From NCBI RefSeq assembly GCF_001194135.2, contig NC_068983.1, positions 113,301,854 through 113,359,057 on the forward strand: 57,204 bases of DNA, given 5' to 3'. The notes under the pieces were generated by a model. That model searched no databases, had not been told where the DNA came from, and worked only from the letters and a program-made list of their open reading frames with translations. The DNA comes from Octopus bimaculoides. Taxonomy: Eukaryota. Made by a program: the position numbers and the translations under genes. Shown one piece after another: positions 25,011 through 37,439 of this stretch (positions within the stretch are counted from its first letter, which is position 1; every line of letters begins with the position of its first letter).

Positions 25011-25512
25011 ACTTGTGACAGTATGAAATTTATAACCAGCAACCTCCTATGAGCTAACAACTCACTTTGCTCTTTATTCTAAATAAACATAGTCTTCTAA
25101 TTTTAGATTTTTGTCAATGGTAAGGAGATAGATAAATTGGAAATGAATTGCAACTTTATGACCCCCAGTGTTCCATGCCACTCTAAAAATTCTAGTTTGT
25201 TCTTCTCTTGGCTATTCTTGCTGAAATAGTGAGAACATGAAATTCTTTCATCCTCTTGTTCAGTTAAAATATTTAAGAAAAATATATTAATATATCTTGT
25301 CTGTTGAAGATAGTGTTGTATTTAAATTGATATAATGATTACATTGTTCAGTTATGTGGAGCCGCTTGAAACGGTCGTACTGCTTGACATCCTGTTACTT
25401 ATTTTGATCTTATTCACCTTACTTCGAGTTGTGCGGATAATACCAGATTGACTTGATGCTTCAACTTAAGTACCTAATTCAACTGAACTTTAATTAGTCT
25501 TANNNNNNNNNN

Positions 25513-25570
25513 AACCCGGAACCATGTGGTTCATAAGCAAGCTACTTACCACACATCCACTCATACGCCT
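25513..25570 (-). mobile_element. SINE family C tRNA-like head
   Basis: AACCCGGAACCATGTGGTT..AGCAAGCTACTTACCACACA..GCCT matches the head of the 28020-28438 copy. Confidence 0.8.
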
Positions 25571-26019
25571 ATGTATATTTTTGCAGATAAATTCCATATG
25601 TAAGTGGTTTAAGTGGTCTTTACAGTGACCACCTAATAACTAATTATGTAAAGATGAGGTATTAAGTTGATTTTACATAATAGTAATCTTCTTTTTAATG
25701 TTTAAATTGATCTGTATATCCCTCTTGTCTAACCTAGTTATGATATCCCTTTCTAGAATTTTTTTTAAAATTTCTATTCTTATACGACATAAAAACTATT
25801 TGTTTATAAACATTCTTCCCCTGAACCATTAATGTTTTCCAGGATTTCATTATAGCATCCTAAGTTTAGTAGTGTATACCCCACCTTTAACTGGTAGTAA
25901 CGTCATGAATTGATGTCATCCCTACTCTACCTCTTTTATAGACATTTATTACTGTCAATCTGACTCTTTCTAAAGTTTTGTTTCTTTTTCTTGTGGGTTG
26001 AGGGGTACTTGTGACAGTA

Positions 26020-26320
26020 GTTGGCACTCCGTCGCTTACGACGTCGAGGGTTCCAGTTGATCCGATCAACGGAACAGCCTGCTCGTGAAATTAACGTGCA
26101 AGTGGCTGAGCACTCCACAGACACGTGTACCCTTAACGTAGTTTTCTGGGATATTCAGCGTGACACAGTGTGACAAGGCTGACCCTTTGAATTAAAGTCA
26201 CAACAGAAACAGGAAGTAATAGAGAGAGGGAAAGTTGTGGTGGAAGAGTACAGCAGGGTTCGCCGCCATCCCCTGCCGGAGCCTCGTGGAGCTTTAGGTG
26301 TTTTCGTTCAATAAACACAC
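26020..26320 (-). mobile_element. SINE family B, tail B1, head lost in gap
   Basis: Near-identical to 24675-24930, including private variants. Confidence 0.93.
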
Positions 26321-27738
26321 NNNNNNNNNNNNNNNNNNNNNNNNNNNNNNNNNNNNNNNNNNNNNNNNNNNNNNNNNNNNNNNNNNNNNNNNNNNNNNNN
26401 NNNNNNNNNNNNNNNNNNNNNNNNNNNNNNNNNNNNNNNNNNNNNNNNNNNNNNNNNNNNNNNNNNNNNNNNNNNNNNNNNNNNNNNNNNNNNNNNNNNN
26501 NNNNNNNNNNNNNNNNNNNNNNNNNNNNNNNNNNNNNNNNNNNNNNNNNNNNNNNNNNNNNNNNNNNNNNNNNNNNNNNNNNNNNNNNNNNNNNNNNNNN
26601 NNNNNNNNNNNNNNNNNNNNNNNNNNNNNNNNNNNNNNNNNNNNNNNNNNNNNNNNNNNNNNNNNNNNNNNNNNNNNNNNNNNNNNNNNNNNNNNNNNNN
26701 NNNNNNNNNNNNNNNNNNNNNNNNNNNNNNNNNNNNNNNNNNNNNNNNNNNNNNNNNNNNNNNNNNNNNNNNNNNNNNNNNNNNNNNNNNNNNNNNNNNN
26801 NNNNNNNNNNNNNNNNNNNNNNNNNNNNNNNNNNNNNNNNNNNNNNNNNNNNNNNNNNNNNNNNNNNNNNNNNNNNNNNNNNNNNNNNNNNNNNNNNNNN
26901 NNNNNNNNNNNNNNNNNNNNNNNNNNNNNNNNNNNNNNNNNNNNNNNNNNNNNNNNNNNNNNNNNNNNNNNNNNNNNNNNNNNNNNNNNNNNNNNNNNNN
27001 NNNNNNATATATATATATGTATGTATGTATGTATGTACGTATATGAATATATATTCACATATGTCTGTTTGTGTGTGCCTCTATTGCTTTTATAAATGAT
27101 TTACTCATGAAGCAATACTACTCCACCTCGTTAAGCAAATATTATAGATTATTTCCTTATTTCTTCATTAAGTAAATTTACTGTTATGCTTCGCTAATGA
27201 GCTCATTGTAGGACCTGTTCAGAGTGCATTTATCAAAACACTGAAAATAATCTTTATCAGTGGTTAATATTTTACGAAACTGAATAGTTATTTATCTTTA
27301 TATACTACCTACATTAATTATGCAAACACCAACATTTTCACATATGCTTTCCGAGAAGAGATAATTGCATTCGGTGAGATATAATATGATCATAAAATTC
27401 CTGTCTGTAAGTGCTATTTATCACGCTTAAAAAGTGTCCCAGTTAAAAGTTTATGAGGAAGAATCCTGTCGTGTGTGGGCAAGTTTATATATACTGATCT
27501 TTTCCTCTTTCTTTTTTTTCTTTGTGCGCTTATGACTGGAAAGGATTGACAAATGATATGTATTTTGTCTATAAAATAGGGGTCACAGTAGTTTGAGTGA
27601 ATCTTATGCACCGACGATATATCAATTGATGTCCATTTAATGCAGGCGATTATCTATATGAGAAATATCTATGGAAGAGCTAATAGTGTCCGTTTTGAAC
27701 AGCACTTTCTTTATATACAAGTATACGTGCACAGTTCT

Positions 27739-27770
27739 GGAGGCGCAATGGCCCAGTGGTTAGGGCAGTG
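27739..27770 (+). mobile_element. SINE family B head fragment
   Basis: GGAGGCGCAATGGCCCAGTGGTTAGGGCAG, identical to the start of the 29529 copy. Confidence 0.85.
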
Positions 27771-28019
27771 TACCCATACACGTATATTTCTGTGTGTATG
27801 TGTGGCTATGTTTAAAGCGGTTGACACTCAAGGATAGTAGAATCAAGGACAATTTCATATTTATGGCATCGATGAATTTGCAACATTTTCAAAAGTATCA
27901 AGTTTGTTTAATATTTGCTTATAGAAAATTACCCAAGTCAGTGAACGTTTGAACAGAGCAACCCGATAGTGAAATATCTGCATGCAAAGCTTTGAACATA
28001 TTAATCTTTTGTATTTTAT

Positions 28020-28438
28020 CTCTTTCAGTTATTAGACTGTGGCCATGCTTGGGCACTGCCTTCGAGGGTTTTAGTCGAACAAATCGCCCCTAGGATTTTT
28101 GTTTCTATGCTTAGTACTTATTCTATCGTTCTCTTTCGTCGAACTGCTAGTTAAACAGACCATCACCAGTTGTCAGGCGGTGTTGATGGAACAAACACAG
28201 ACACAAAGAACAAACTTACACGCACGCAAGTGCACACACACACGCACAAAACATACACACACGCACATACATGTACGACGGCTTTTTTCATTTTCCATCT
28301 ACTAAATCCACCCACAGGGCTTTAGTCGACCCGAGGCTATAGTAGAAGACACTTACCGAAAGTGAAACGCAATGGAACTGAACTCGGAACCATGTGTTTG
28401 GGAAGCAAGGTCTTTAGCACGCAGTCACGCCAGCGCCT
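28020..28438 (-). mobile_element. SINE family C, full length, diverged
   Basis: Tail, internal CA microsatellite, GAGGCTATAGTAGAAGACACTT central domain and tRNA-like head are all present. Confidence 0.85.
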
Positions 28439-29317
28439 TAATCTTGAAACAATTTCAAATGCAAATGGAATAACCACTTTCACAATTATTGACGAAAATA
28501 TCTATCAACAAGACATAATAATTAGTATTCTGTATACAGAACCACACTCCTCTTGGACCAGCATTGGATACCTCACGGGTAATATCATACCCTCCTCCAC
28601 AGGAAGAGGTCTGAACCATTCTAAAGATATTTCCTCCCCTTCATTTGTTGCATGCTACTTATTATTGAGCGCTTTTTCATCTGACGCAACCTGACTTATA
28701 GATCTCATACAATTCAAATAACTTGATTTTTACTCTACCTTTAATCCAGAAATGTCTTACTAAATTCTATTATTATGTTTGCCGGTTTATCGGTTGAAGT
28801 ATAAACCGATTGAGGAAACAATCAGTTTAGCACAAGGAGAGACACTGACAGACAGAAAGACAGACAGATAGACAGATAGACAGATAGGTAGATGTATATG
28901 TATACATGTATACATATGCATATATATATATTCATACATGAATACGTTTATTTGTTGGTATAAATATATGCATATATATTGACACGTGTGCGCGTGTGTT
29001 TGCGTGTGTGAGAGAGAGAGAGAGAGTGTCTGTATATAGATATGTATATATGTGTATGTACTTATACACACACATGCACACACATATATGACAGAAATCG
29101 GATTATTATATATGCCAGGAGAAAGATATCCTGCCAGCAGTTTCTACTACTTTATGTAATAAATATATTATCACCTTTCGTAAATATAGAATTATATTTA
29201 TTTCCCATAATTTGTCTGCCATTTATAACACTTCGTATTACCGTATTTTTTTCTAATATTGTCTGTCAATTAGGGCAGTTGTGATAGACGGTATCTGTTT
29301 ATTTATCAATCACTAAG

Positions 29318-29351
<34 letters not shown>

Positions 29352-29528
29352 CCCCCACCTCTTCCTCCGCCTCTCACTCTGCCTACATACAAGTAAATTC
29401 ACACACCACAAGATGGGCGTTGACTGAATCCACATCGGATTACTAAATTACATGACTATGATATAACATCACCAAACGATTTATGGTGAATCCAGGTGAT
29501 TCTATTATGTAACACTATTATAAACTCA

Positions 29529-29762
29529 GGAGGCGCAATGGCCCAGTGGTTAGGGCAGCGGACTCGCGGTCATAGGATCGCAGTTTCGATTCCCAGACCG
29601 GGAGTTGTGAGTGTTTATTGAGCGAAAACACCTAAAGCTCCACGAGGCTCCGGCAAGGGATGGTGGCAAACCCTGCTGTACTCTTCCACCACAACTTTCT
29701 CTCACTCTTTCTTCCTGTTTCTTGAGTAAAGCTGCGATGGACTGGCGTCCCGTCCAGCCGGG
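29529..29762 (+). mobile_element. SINE family B with alternative tail B2
   Basis: Head and body match family B to ..CTTCCTGTTTC, then diverge into TTGAGTAAAGCTGCGATGGACTGGCGTCCCGTCCAG. Confidence 0.9.
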
Positions 29763-30239
29763 NNNNNNNNNNNNNNNNNNNNNNNNNNNNNNNNNNNNNN
29801 NNNNNNNNNNNNNNNNNNNNNNNNNNNNNNNNNNNNNNNNNNNNNNNNNNNNNNNNNNNNNNNNNNNNNNNNNNNNNNNNNNNNNNNNNNNNNNNNNNNN
29901 NNNNNNNNNNNNNNNNNNNNNNNNNNNNNNNNNTATATATATATATATATATATATATTCAACAAATCCTAAATCCGAAAGAGAAGCACATTCCAAGTTA
30001 TAGAGCAGTAGAGTATTGCGAGAATGTTAGTTGTGGCTGGTACATAGGGATTACCTAGGGCTTCGCGTCAATAAAGCGCTTAGCTTTACACACGTCTTGT
30101 CAGACCCTAATGGCCGGTGAGCCATAACATATCTTCAATTCGGAGGGAGAAAAGGCCTCGTAGCTAGTTTTCCAAAACACAAAGAAAGGTCAAGCGCAAG
30201 GCACTGTCTCCCTTAGAACACTATCCGGAATCCATCCAA

Positions 30240-31690
30240 TCAGCTTGCTAATCCCGGCTTTTAGTAAGAATTGCCTGATATGTAAACAAGATCCGAAGAT
30301 TTGCATCCTAGACTTTGATATTCCTTGGGTCGATGGAGTTCTTTAATATCCTCGCCCGTTCCGCTATGAACAGCTTGCAACGTCTATTCCCGATGATGTG
30401 GGAACCCAGTTTTAATAAAATTTTCTGTGATTAAATGTGAAGTCCCTTCATTCTTCAGGCGCTACATGAGGCTGGCCAAGCATGTGGCATAACATCTTTC
30501 TCGGATCCTAAGCGAGGATGTGTGGTTGGAGAGACGTCACTTGAAGGTGTTTACGGAACATTCGATGTATTTCCTGAATGTTGCTATTTCTGTTGCTGTT
30601 TTGACCCTTCTACTTCCGTTGTTGCTGGTGCTGGTGTTGATGTCATTAATGCCGGCATAGGGGCATCATCAGTGGCAAAGTTGGTGTTGACGTTGTTGTT
30701 GTCTCCGTTGGTGCTGCTATAGTCATCGCTGTTGTTGGAGCTGTTGTCGACGCTATTTTGGTGGTGGTTGTTGTTGTTATTCTTGTTGTCACTACTAGTA
30801 TTACCGTTAGTGAGCGTGTTGTTGCTATTTCTGCTATTTTTGCTGCTGTTGTTATTAATAATAGCGATGGTGTTGCTGCTATTTCTGTTACTGCCCTAGC
30901 TGCTGAAAAAGTTGTTGCAGTCATTAGAGTCAGATACCACCGCAACCTTGTGTACGACTTCCTTGGCTTCGCATTGGCCTCCTACTGGGCATCCTCTGTA
31001 GTCTTTGCATGAGCATCCCTCCTCCACATGTGCCCTAGGGGTGTTAACTAAAATACTCTTAATATTGGGATCACAGCTAGGTAACTGTACCTATGTGGTT
31101 GTGTAAAGTGCTTGTCTACTTGCATAAGAAATATCCTACCTACACACGTTTTGACGTTGAGGGTAAAGTCAGGGGCAAACAAACGATATTTCGGTGAGGT
31201 TTCCTTGGAGATGAGGTCCACAAACCCGCTAGCAGCCAAAACCTCGTTATAGTTGGGGGTCGTGGCGTCAAAAATTTCTTGGCTAGAGGACAGATTCGAA
31301 ATCCTCTTGCTGACACCATTCACCAGGTTTCTGAACATGATGCGTGGATGGCAGGAGGATGTGTTGATATGTCAGCCTCTCGTTTGGCTTGCGGTAGGGC
31401 TATATGTATCAGAGCCCAAATCGAGCATGTCGTCTAAGAAATCCGCGGTGGTGAGGTTGGTCTCGATTGTAATTTTCAGTCCTATGCAGCTAAGGGTGCT
31501 GATCAGATCTTTCCTAAGCCTATCTAAGGTGTGCTCGTTAGCCCTTCTAGAGACAGCCAGGGCATCATCTCTGTAGAGACAAAATAGGACAGGGGGAATT
31601 TCTTCTTCAGATATAGAGCCCAATCCGGTCGCCTACATAGGCGCTGCCGTAGGTTCTTATTGCTCCATCAAATGAGCCCATGGTGTCGCC
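30240..31690 (-). mobile_element. Penelope-like element (RT, thumb and GIY-YIG), 5'-truncated and pseudogenised
   Basis: TMGSFDGA, LYRDDALAV, ITIETNLTTADFLD, NVKTCVGRIFL..DKHF, GCSCK..CPVGGQC..EVVH, KYIE..NTFK.R.SNH and RCKLFIAERARILK. Confidence 0.9.
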
Positions 31691-31699
31691 CGCATAAGG

Positions 31700-31830
31700 A
31701 AGTGTCACCGAAATATCGTTTTGTTTTCCCCCACCTCCTTCGTCCTCAACGTAAAAACGTGTGTACGTAGGACATTCTTTAGACTAGCAGATAAGCGCTT
31801 TACACAATCACTGAAGTACGAGGCTTGGGT
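31700..31830 (+). mobile_element. Inverted duplicate of the PLE thumb region
   Basis: TCACCGAAATATCGTTT..CTCAACGT.AAAACGTGTGTA matches the reverse complement of 31085-31200. Confidence 0.75.
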
Positions 31831-31960
31831 AACCCTATGAACGGCAATTACCTAATATTCTCTACATAGATAGATAGATAGATAGATAAGTGTGGGGGGG
31901 TGTATTCTACAATCTAGAAAGCGTGAAGTAATAGGCAAGAATATGAATATGCATATTAAC

Positions 31961-32250
31961 ATTGTTGTTGCACTCCGTCGCTTACGACGTAGAGGGTTCC
32001 AGTTGATCTGATCAACGGAATAGCCTGCTCGTGAAATTAACGTGCAAGTGGTTGAGCACTCCACAGACACGTGTACCCTTAACGTAGTTCTCGGGGATAT
32101 TCAGCGTGACACAGTGTGACAAGGCTGACCCTTTGAATTACAGGCACAGCAGAAACAGGAAGAAAGAGTGAGAGAAAGTTGTGGTGAAAGAGTACAGCAG
32201 GGTTCGCCACCATCCCCTGCCGGAGCCTCGTGAAGCTTTAAGTGTTTTCG
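31961..32250 (-). mobile_element. SINE family B, tail B1, head lost in gap
   Basis: CACTCCGTCGCTTACGACG tail with (CAA)n end; body matches other B copies. Confidence 0.92.
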
Positions 32251-32921
32251 NNNNNNNNNNNNNNNNNNNNNNNNNNNNNNNNNNNNNNNNNNNNNNNNNN
32301 NNNNNNNNNNNNNNNNNNNNNNNNNNNNNNNNNNNNNNNNNNNNNNNNNNNNNNNNNNNNNNNNNNNNNNNNNNNNNNNNNNNNNNNNNNNNNNNNNNNN
32401 NNNNNNNNNNNNNNNNNNNNNNNNNNNNNNNNNNNNNNNNNNNNNNNNNNNNNNNNNNNNNNNNNNNNNNNNNNNNNNNNNNNNNNNNNNNNNNNNNNNN
32501 NNNNNNNNNNNNNNNNNNNNNNNNNNNNNNNNNNNNNNNNNNNNNNNNNNNNNNNNNNNNNNNNNNNNNNNNNNNNNNNNNNNNNNNNNNNNNNNNNNNN
32601 NNNNNNNNNNNNNNNNNNNNNNNNNNNNNNNNNNNNNNNNNNNNNNNNNNNNNNNNNNNNNNNNNNNNNNNNNNNNNNNNNNNNNNNNNNNNNNNNNNNN
32701 NNNNNNNNNNNNNNNNNNNNNNNNNNNNNNNNNNNNNNNNNNNNNNNNNNNNNNNNNNNNNNNNNNNNNNNNNNNNNNNNNNNNNNNNNNNNNNNNNNNN
32801 NNNNNNNNNNNNNNNNNNNNNNNNNNNNNNNNNNNNNNNNNNNNNNNNNNNNNNNNNNNNNNNNNNNNNNNNNNNNNNNNNNNNNNNNNNNNNNNNNNNN
32901 NNNNNNNNNNNNNNNNNNNNN

Positions 32922-33107
32922 CCCCCCAACATCGCTTGACAACCGATGCTGGTGTGTTTACGTCCCCGTAACTTAGCGGTTCGGCAAAAGAGACCGATAG
33001 AACAAGTACTGGGCTTACAAAGAATAAGTCCTGGGGTCGATTTGCTCGACTAAAGGTGGTGCTCCAGCATGGCCGCAGTCAAATGACTGAAACAAGTAAA
33101 AAGAGTA
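32922..33107 (+). mobile_element. SINE family C, 3' half
   Basis: CCCCCCAACATCGCTTGACAACCGATG..GACTGAAACAAGTAAAAAGAG. Confidence 0.92.
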
Positions 33108-33467
33108 TATGACGGTGCAGCGAGTGAATATTTGTTTGCTGTATCAAACGGTTAAATGAGTATGCAACATTATACATACATATATATACTATACATATGC
33201 ATGTGTATATATATATATATATATGTATACGTGTGTGTGTGTGTGCGTGTGTGTGTGCGTGTGTATGCATGCATGCATGCATGTATGTATATATATTGTG
33301 TTTGTATTTAGCTAGCAACCTTTTGATGTGAATTTGTGTGTCGAAAGAATGAACTAACGCCTTTACTTTTTTTATGTTTATTATTCACATAATGACTCTC
33401 CCAAGACACAACAAATATATATTTGGTGCGTGCTTGTGTTTGTTTCTGAGGGAGCGTGTGCGCGCGC

Positions 33468-33519
<52 letters not shown>

Positions 33520-34155
33520 GTTTGCGTGTTTCTTATACTTATCATTTCATACGTGTGTGCATATTAATGGACCCAATAAACGTTTCCTGTTTTTGTAGAA
33601 ATCGAAATCTCCAGGATCTGTCATATTAAAATTTGTGCGCTTATTGACTTATTCTTTCGGTGTCTAAAATTATTAGATTCGAGATTGTGTCCATCCTGAA
33701 CGTCTCTCTCAAAGGTATAGTTTATTATGTCTCCCAGTACTTGACAAATACAGATTTTATCGATATCGGTGGGATGAAAGTAAAATTCGACTAATGGCCA
33801 AATATATTTAATTATATCCATTACCATGGTTTCTTACATGTATCTGAGTGTGTAAAAGCAAAGCTGAATGCAAACTTGATGCAGCTAGTTTGCGTTCATA
33901 TATTTGTATGAAATAATTGAATGGATTAAATTATATAATTAAGTACAGAGAAAGGAATATTAACGCCCACAAACGTTCACTTACACATACATAGGTACAC
34001 ACATTCACAAGCATCCATCTATACATGCACATATATATGGGTACATGCATATACACATATACATGCATATATACATATAAACATACATGTATATATATAT
34101 ATACATATATTCAAACATATGTATGTAGATATGAAAAATAGCTGCACAATTACAC

Positions 34156-34189
<34 letters not shown>

Positions 34190-34327
34190 GAACGAATGTG
34201 TAAGCGAAGCCATATCCAGCTAATGGCAAAATGAGATTTTACACTGATAGTTATACTGTTTGAAGTTTCCGAACAGATCACCAGAAGATGAAGAAAATCT
34301 CCTCCAGGAAGATCAGCGTGCGTTTAT

Positions 34328-34363
<36 letters not shown>

Positions 34364-34727
34364 TTCATATATCTATGTGTGTGTGTGTGTGTGCATACAT
34401 ACATATATACGATGCATGCATACATAACATATGCATGAATGAACAACAGGTTCTATATGTTGTTGCTTCATCTACTTGATGTTGCCGTGAAATTAACTCA
34501 ATTTATGCGCAACGTATTATGTAAGAAAATCACATTCTGAAGCACAGTGACACAGCAATACATATCCCTAGAAAGAAGAGGTTGTCAAGTAAGCTAGGCT
34601 TAGTTTTCCTCAACGAGGTTCGTGGGTGTTATTTAAGAACAACATATAGAATCTAATAGGCATGTTATTTTCTTACTATGAGACATCTTATAAATACATA
34701 CATGCATGTATAAATATATATCTATAT

Positions 34728-34783
<56 letters not shown>

Positions 34784-34786
<3 letters not shown>

Positions 34787-36206
34787 TTAGGGAAAAGAAC
34801 TAATTTCTATGAACTCATCGATGAAAATCCACTATCACATATATAAAAATTAATGATTAAAAGCACAATAAATTAGTATAATATAATACAAAGTAAATAT
34901 CATAAGATAAAGATAATAAAATGACTACACGTGTTTCATAACTAATTTTCAAATAGAAAGGAAATTTAAATCGATTAAAATCAATTAAAATTATCGAAAA
35001 TAAATTCTATTCAAAAATACAGCTAATCGTCAGGTCCTAAATAGAACAATAATTCTAATAAATAAATATATATATCAACCAACAATAAGTACCAAATGAA
35101 TTTATATCAAATACTAATTTTATAAAGATACAAAAATTATTAAAAATATCAAAATAATAAACATTCCATAATCATCCCTACATCCATTATAATATATGCT
35201 AACATGTATATTATATACAAAAACCAACTTACATAAATTATTATCGTTTTAAATACAATTTGAACGAAGTTTAAGGTAAAATAATAATAAAGATAATATT
35301 AGTACGTATTTAACCGGTGTAATAGTTAACGCTAAATTATTTAAAACTAAAAACGTTTATTTAATTATAATTAAAAATCAATTGAATAATAGAAAAATAC
35401 AAGAATACTTATTTCTATAAACGTAGAAATAAAGATAAAAAAACGAATGAAAAAATTATGAATGAAAAAATTAAGAATGAAAAAAATTATTAAGAATAAA
35501 AGATTAAACTTTATATATACTAAGTTTTAATGAAAAAAAAACTTTAACGATATTATAAACAATAAAGACTAATTATTAATCAAATATTATTAATCAAAAA
35601 TAATCGAAAATATATCAACACTATTCAAATCGAAGTCTTATATTATGTTGAAATGATACTCTAACTTCTAAATAATTTAGTGTTAAATAAGTTATCTATT
35701 AAAAATAACCTTTAAAAAACCCAAATGAATAATATAAAAAACAAGAATACATATTACATATTATTTTCAAATAGTAGAAAATCATTTAGCGAAGTAAATA
35801 TCGAACTTATCCATATTTTTCCGTAATTCAAACTGAAGCTAAGACGTTAACTAATACCTATAGCATTTTTAGCAAGAGGTCGCGCGAAAATACTACGTTA
35901 AAATAGAGAATAGAATACGAAAACATGTATGAAAGAATAATACTTAAAATAATGAATGTCTTATGGTAGTTTTGACTTTTGGAGTCCCTCTTAGCCTGAG
36001 GCATTTTTGTATAGTAATGCCCTTATATAAATTAAATATATTTATGGGAAAATATGATGATTTTTTCCCTTATGGGGTTTTTTCACGCTAACTACTTGAT
36101 AAATTTTTTTATGTCGTTAGTTATATAAACTTAAAATCTTTCATTCATGTTTTCGTATTCTATTCTCTATTTTAACGTAGTATATTCGCGCGACCTCTTG
36201 CTAAAA

Positions 36207-36209
<3 letters not shown>
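34784..36209 (+). mobile_element. Very AT-rich, probable decayed PLE between two (TA)n arrays, ending in a 73-bp inverted repeat
   Basis: QKPT..Y..F..K.II..LVRI..LKIN-like thumb translation near 35215-35400 (weak). IR at 35864-35936 and 36137-36209. TA arrays at 34740-34783 and 36210-36251. Confidence 0.45.
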
Positions 36210-36254
<45 letters not shown>

Positions 36255-36321
36255 ATATTCGATATTATATAAAACGATGGGTAAGTCAATGCGATCCAGT
36301 AGTGCTACCAAATTCACTCAC

Positions 36322-36358
36322 CTGATGACGTGCCGGTCCACAGCTGCTCTTGGATCAT
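36322..36358 (-). CDS. Candidate first coding exon (MIQEQLWTGTSS-)
   Basis: Minus-strand ATG at 36358-36356, 12 codons plus 1 nt, then a consensus donor CAG|GTGAGT. No homology recognised. Confidence 0.25.
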
Positions 36359-36673
36359 GTTTATTTATGTAATCATTAATCAAATGATTTATATAACAGT
36401 ATGATATAAATAAGTCAGTAACTAACAGCTGTTACCATTGCACACCATTACCAATGTTGTTAGCACAACACTATTCGTATGTATGCGTTTTCTTCTCTTA
36501 CCTATGTTTATATATATATGTGTATGTGTGTATATCATTGCATATCCACATGCATTTCTCAATCTGTATACACACTTGCTACCAGTGTAACACGTACATT
36601 TGTTTCCCACTGTATTAGCACGCTAACTGTCTCTTTCTCTCGCTCTCTTTCTCTCTCTCACACACTCTCTCTC

Positions 36674-36710
<37 letters not shown>

Positions 36711-37137
36711 NNNNNNNNNNNNNNNNNNNNNNNNNNNNNNNNNNNNNNNNNNNNNNNNNNNNNNNNNNNNNNNNNNNNNNNNNNNNNNNNNNNNNNNNNN
36801 NNNNNNNNNNNNNNNNNNNNNNNNNNNNNNNNNNNNNNNNNNNNNNNNNNNNNNNNNNNNNNNNNNNNNNNNNNNNNNNNNNNNNNNNNNNNNNNNNNNN
36901 NNNNNNNNNNNNNNNNNNNNNNNNNNNNNNNNNNNNNNNNNNNNNNNNNNNNNNNNNNNNNNNNNNNNNNNNNNNNNNNNNNNNNNNNNNNNNNNNNNNN
37001 NNNNNNNNNNNNNNNNNNNNNNNNNNNNNNNNNNNNNNNNNNNNNNNNNNNNNNNNNNNNNNNNNNNNNNNNNNNNNNNNNNNNNNNNNNNNNNNNNNNN
37101 NNNNNNNNNNNNNNNNNNNNNNNNNNNNNNNNNNNNN

Positions 37138-37182
<45 letters not shown>

Positions 37183-37439
37183 AATCGTTGTATTTCGGGA
37201 TGGTCATTTTGCCAATTTAACCAATGAAAACCCTATCAACTCCCTAATCGGTAGAACCTACCCTTTTATTAGAACCCTCTGTTCGGATAGGAACTGTGTT
37301 GTATGTAGAGTTAACCCACTGAAAAGCTAGAAATCTAGTCTATAGAATAAGATGTACAGAAGGACGGTGCAGAAACAAGACAACGAAGTACGTAGGGGAG
37401 ATCTTTAGGAAGGAGAGACACAAGAAAGAAAGAAGAAAC

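Noticed and set aside
29529-29605. tRNA gene
   Set aside because: A and B boxes are present, but the sequence continues into a SINE body repeated several times in the window.
30646-30945. Mucin-like Thr/Ala-rich gene
   Set aside because: An alternative frame of the low-complexity insert inside the PLE nuclease.
12993-34317. Three 41-nt AG..GT segments (about 12993-13033 +, 27495-27535 -, 34277-34317 +) as a microexon series
   Set aside because: Different strands, unrelated sequence and some weak splice sites; consistent with chance.
34784-35863. Strand-specific G-to-A hypermutation or bisulfite-like conversion
   Set aside because: A rough count shows both C and G are depleted to similar levels.
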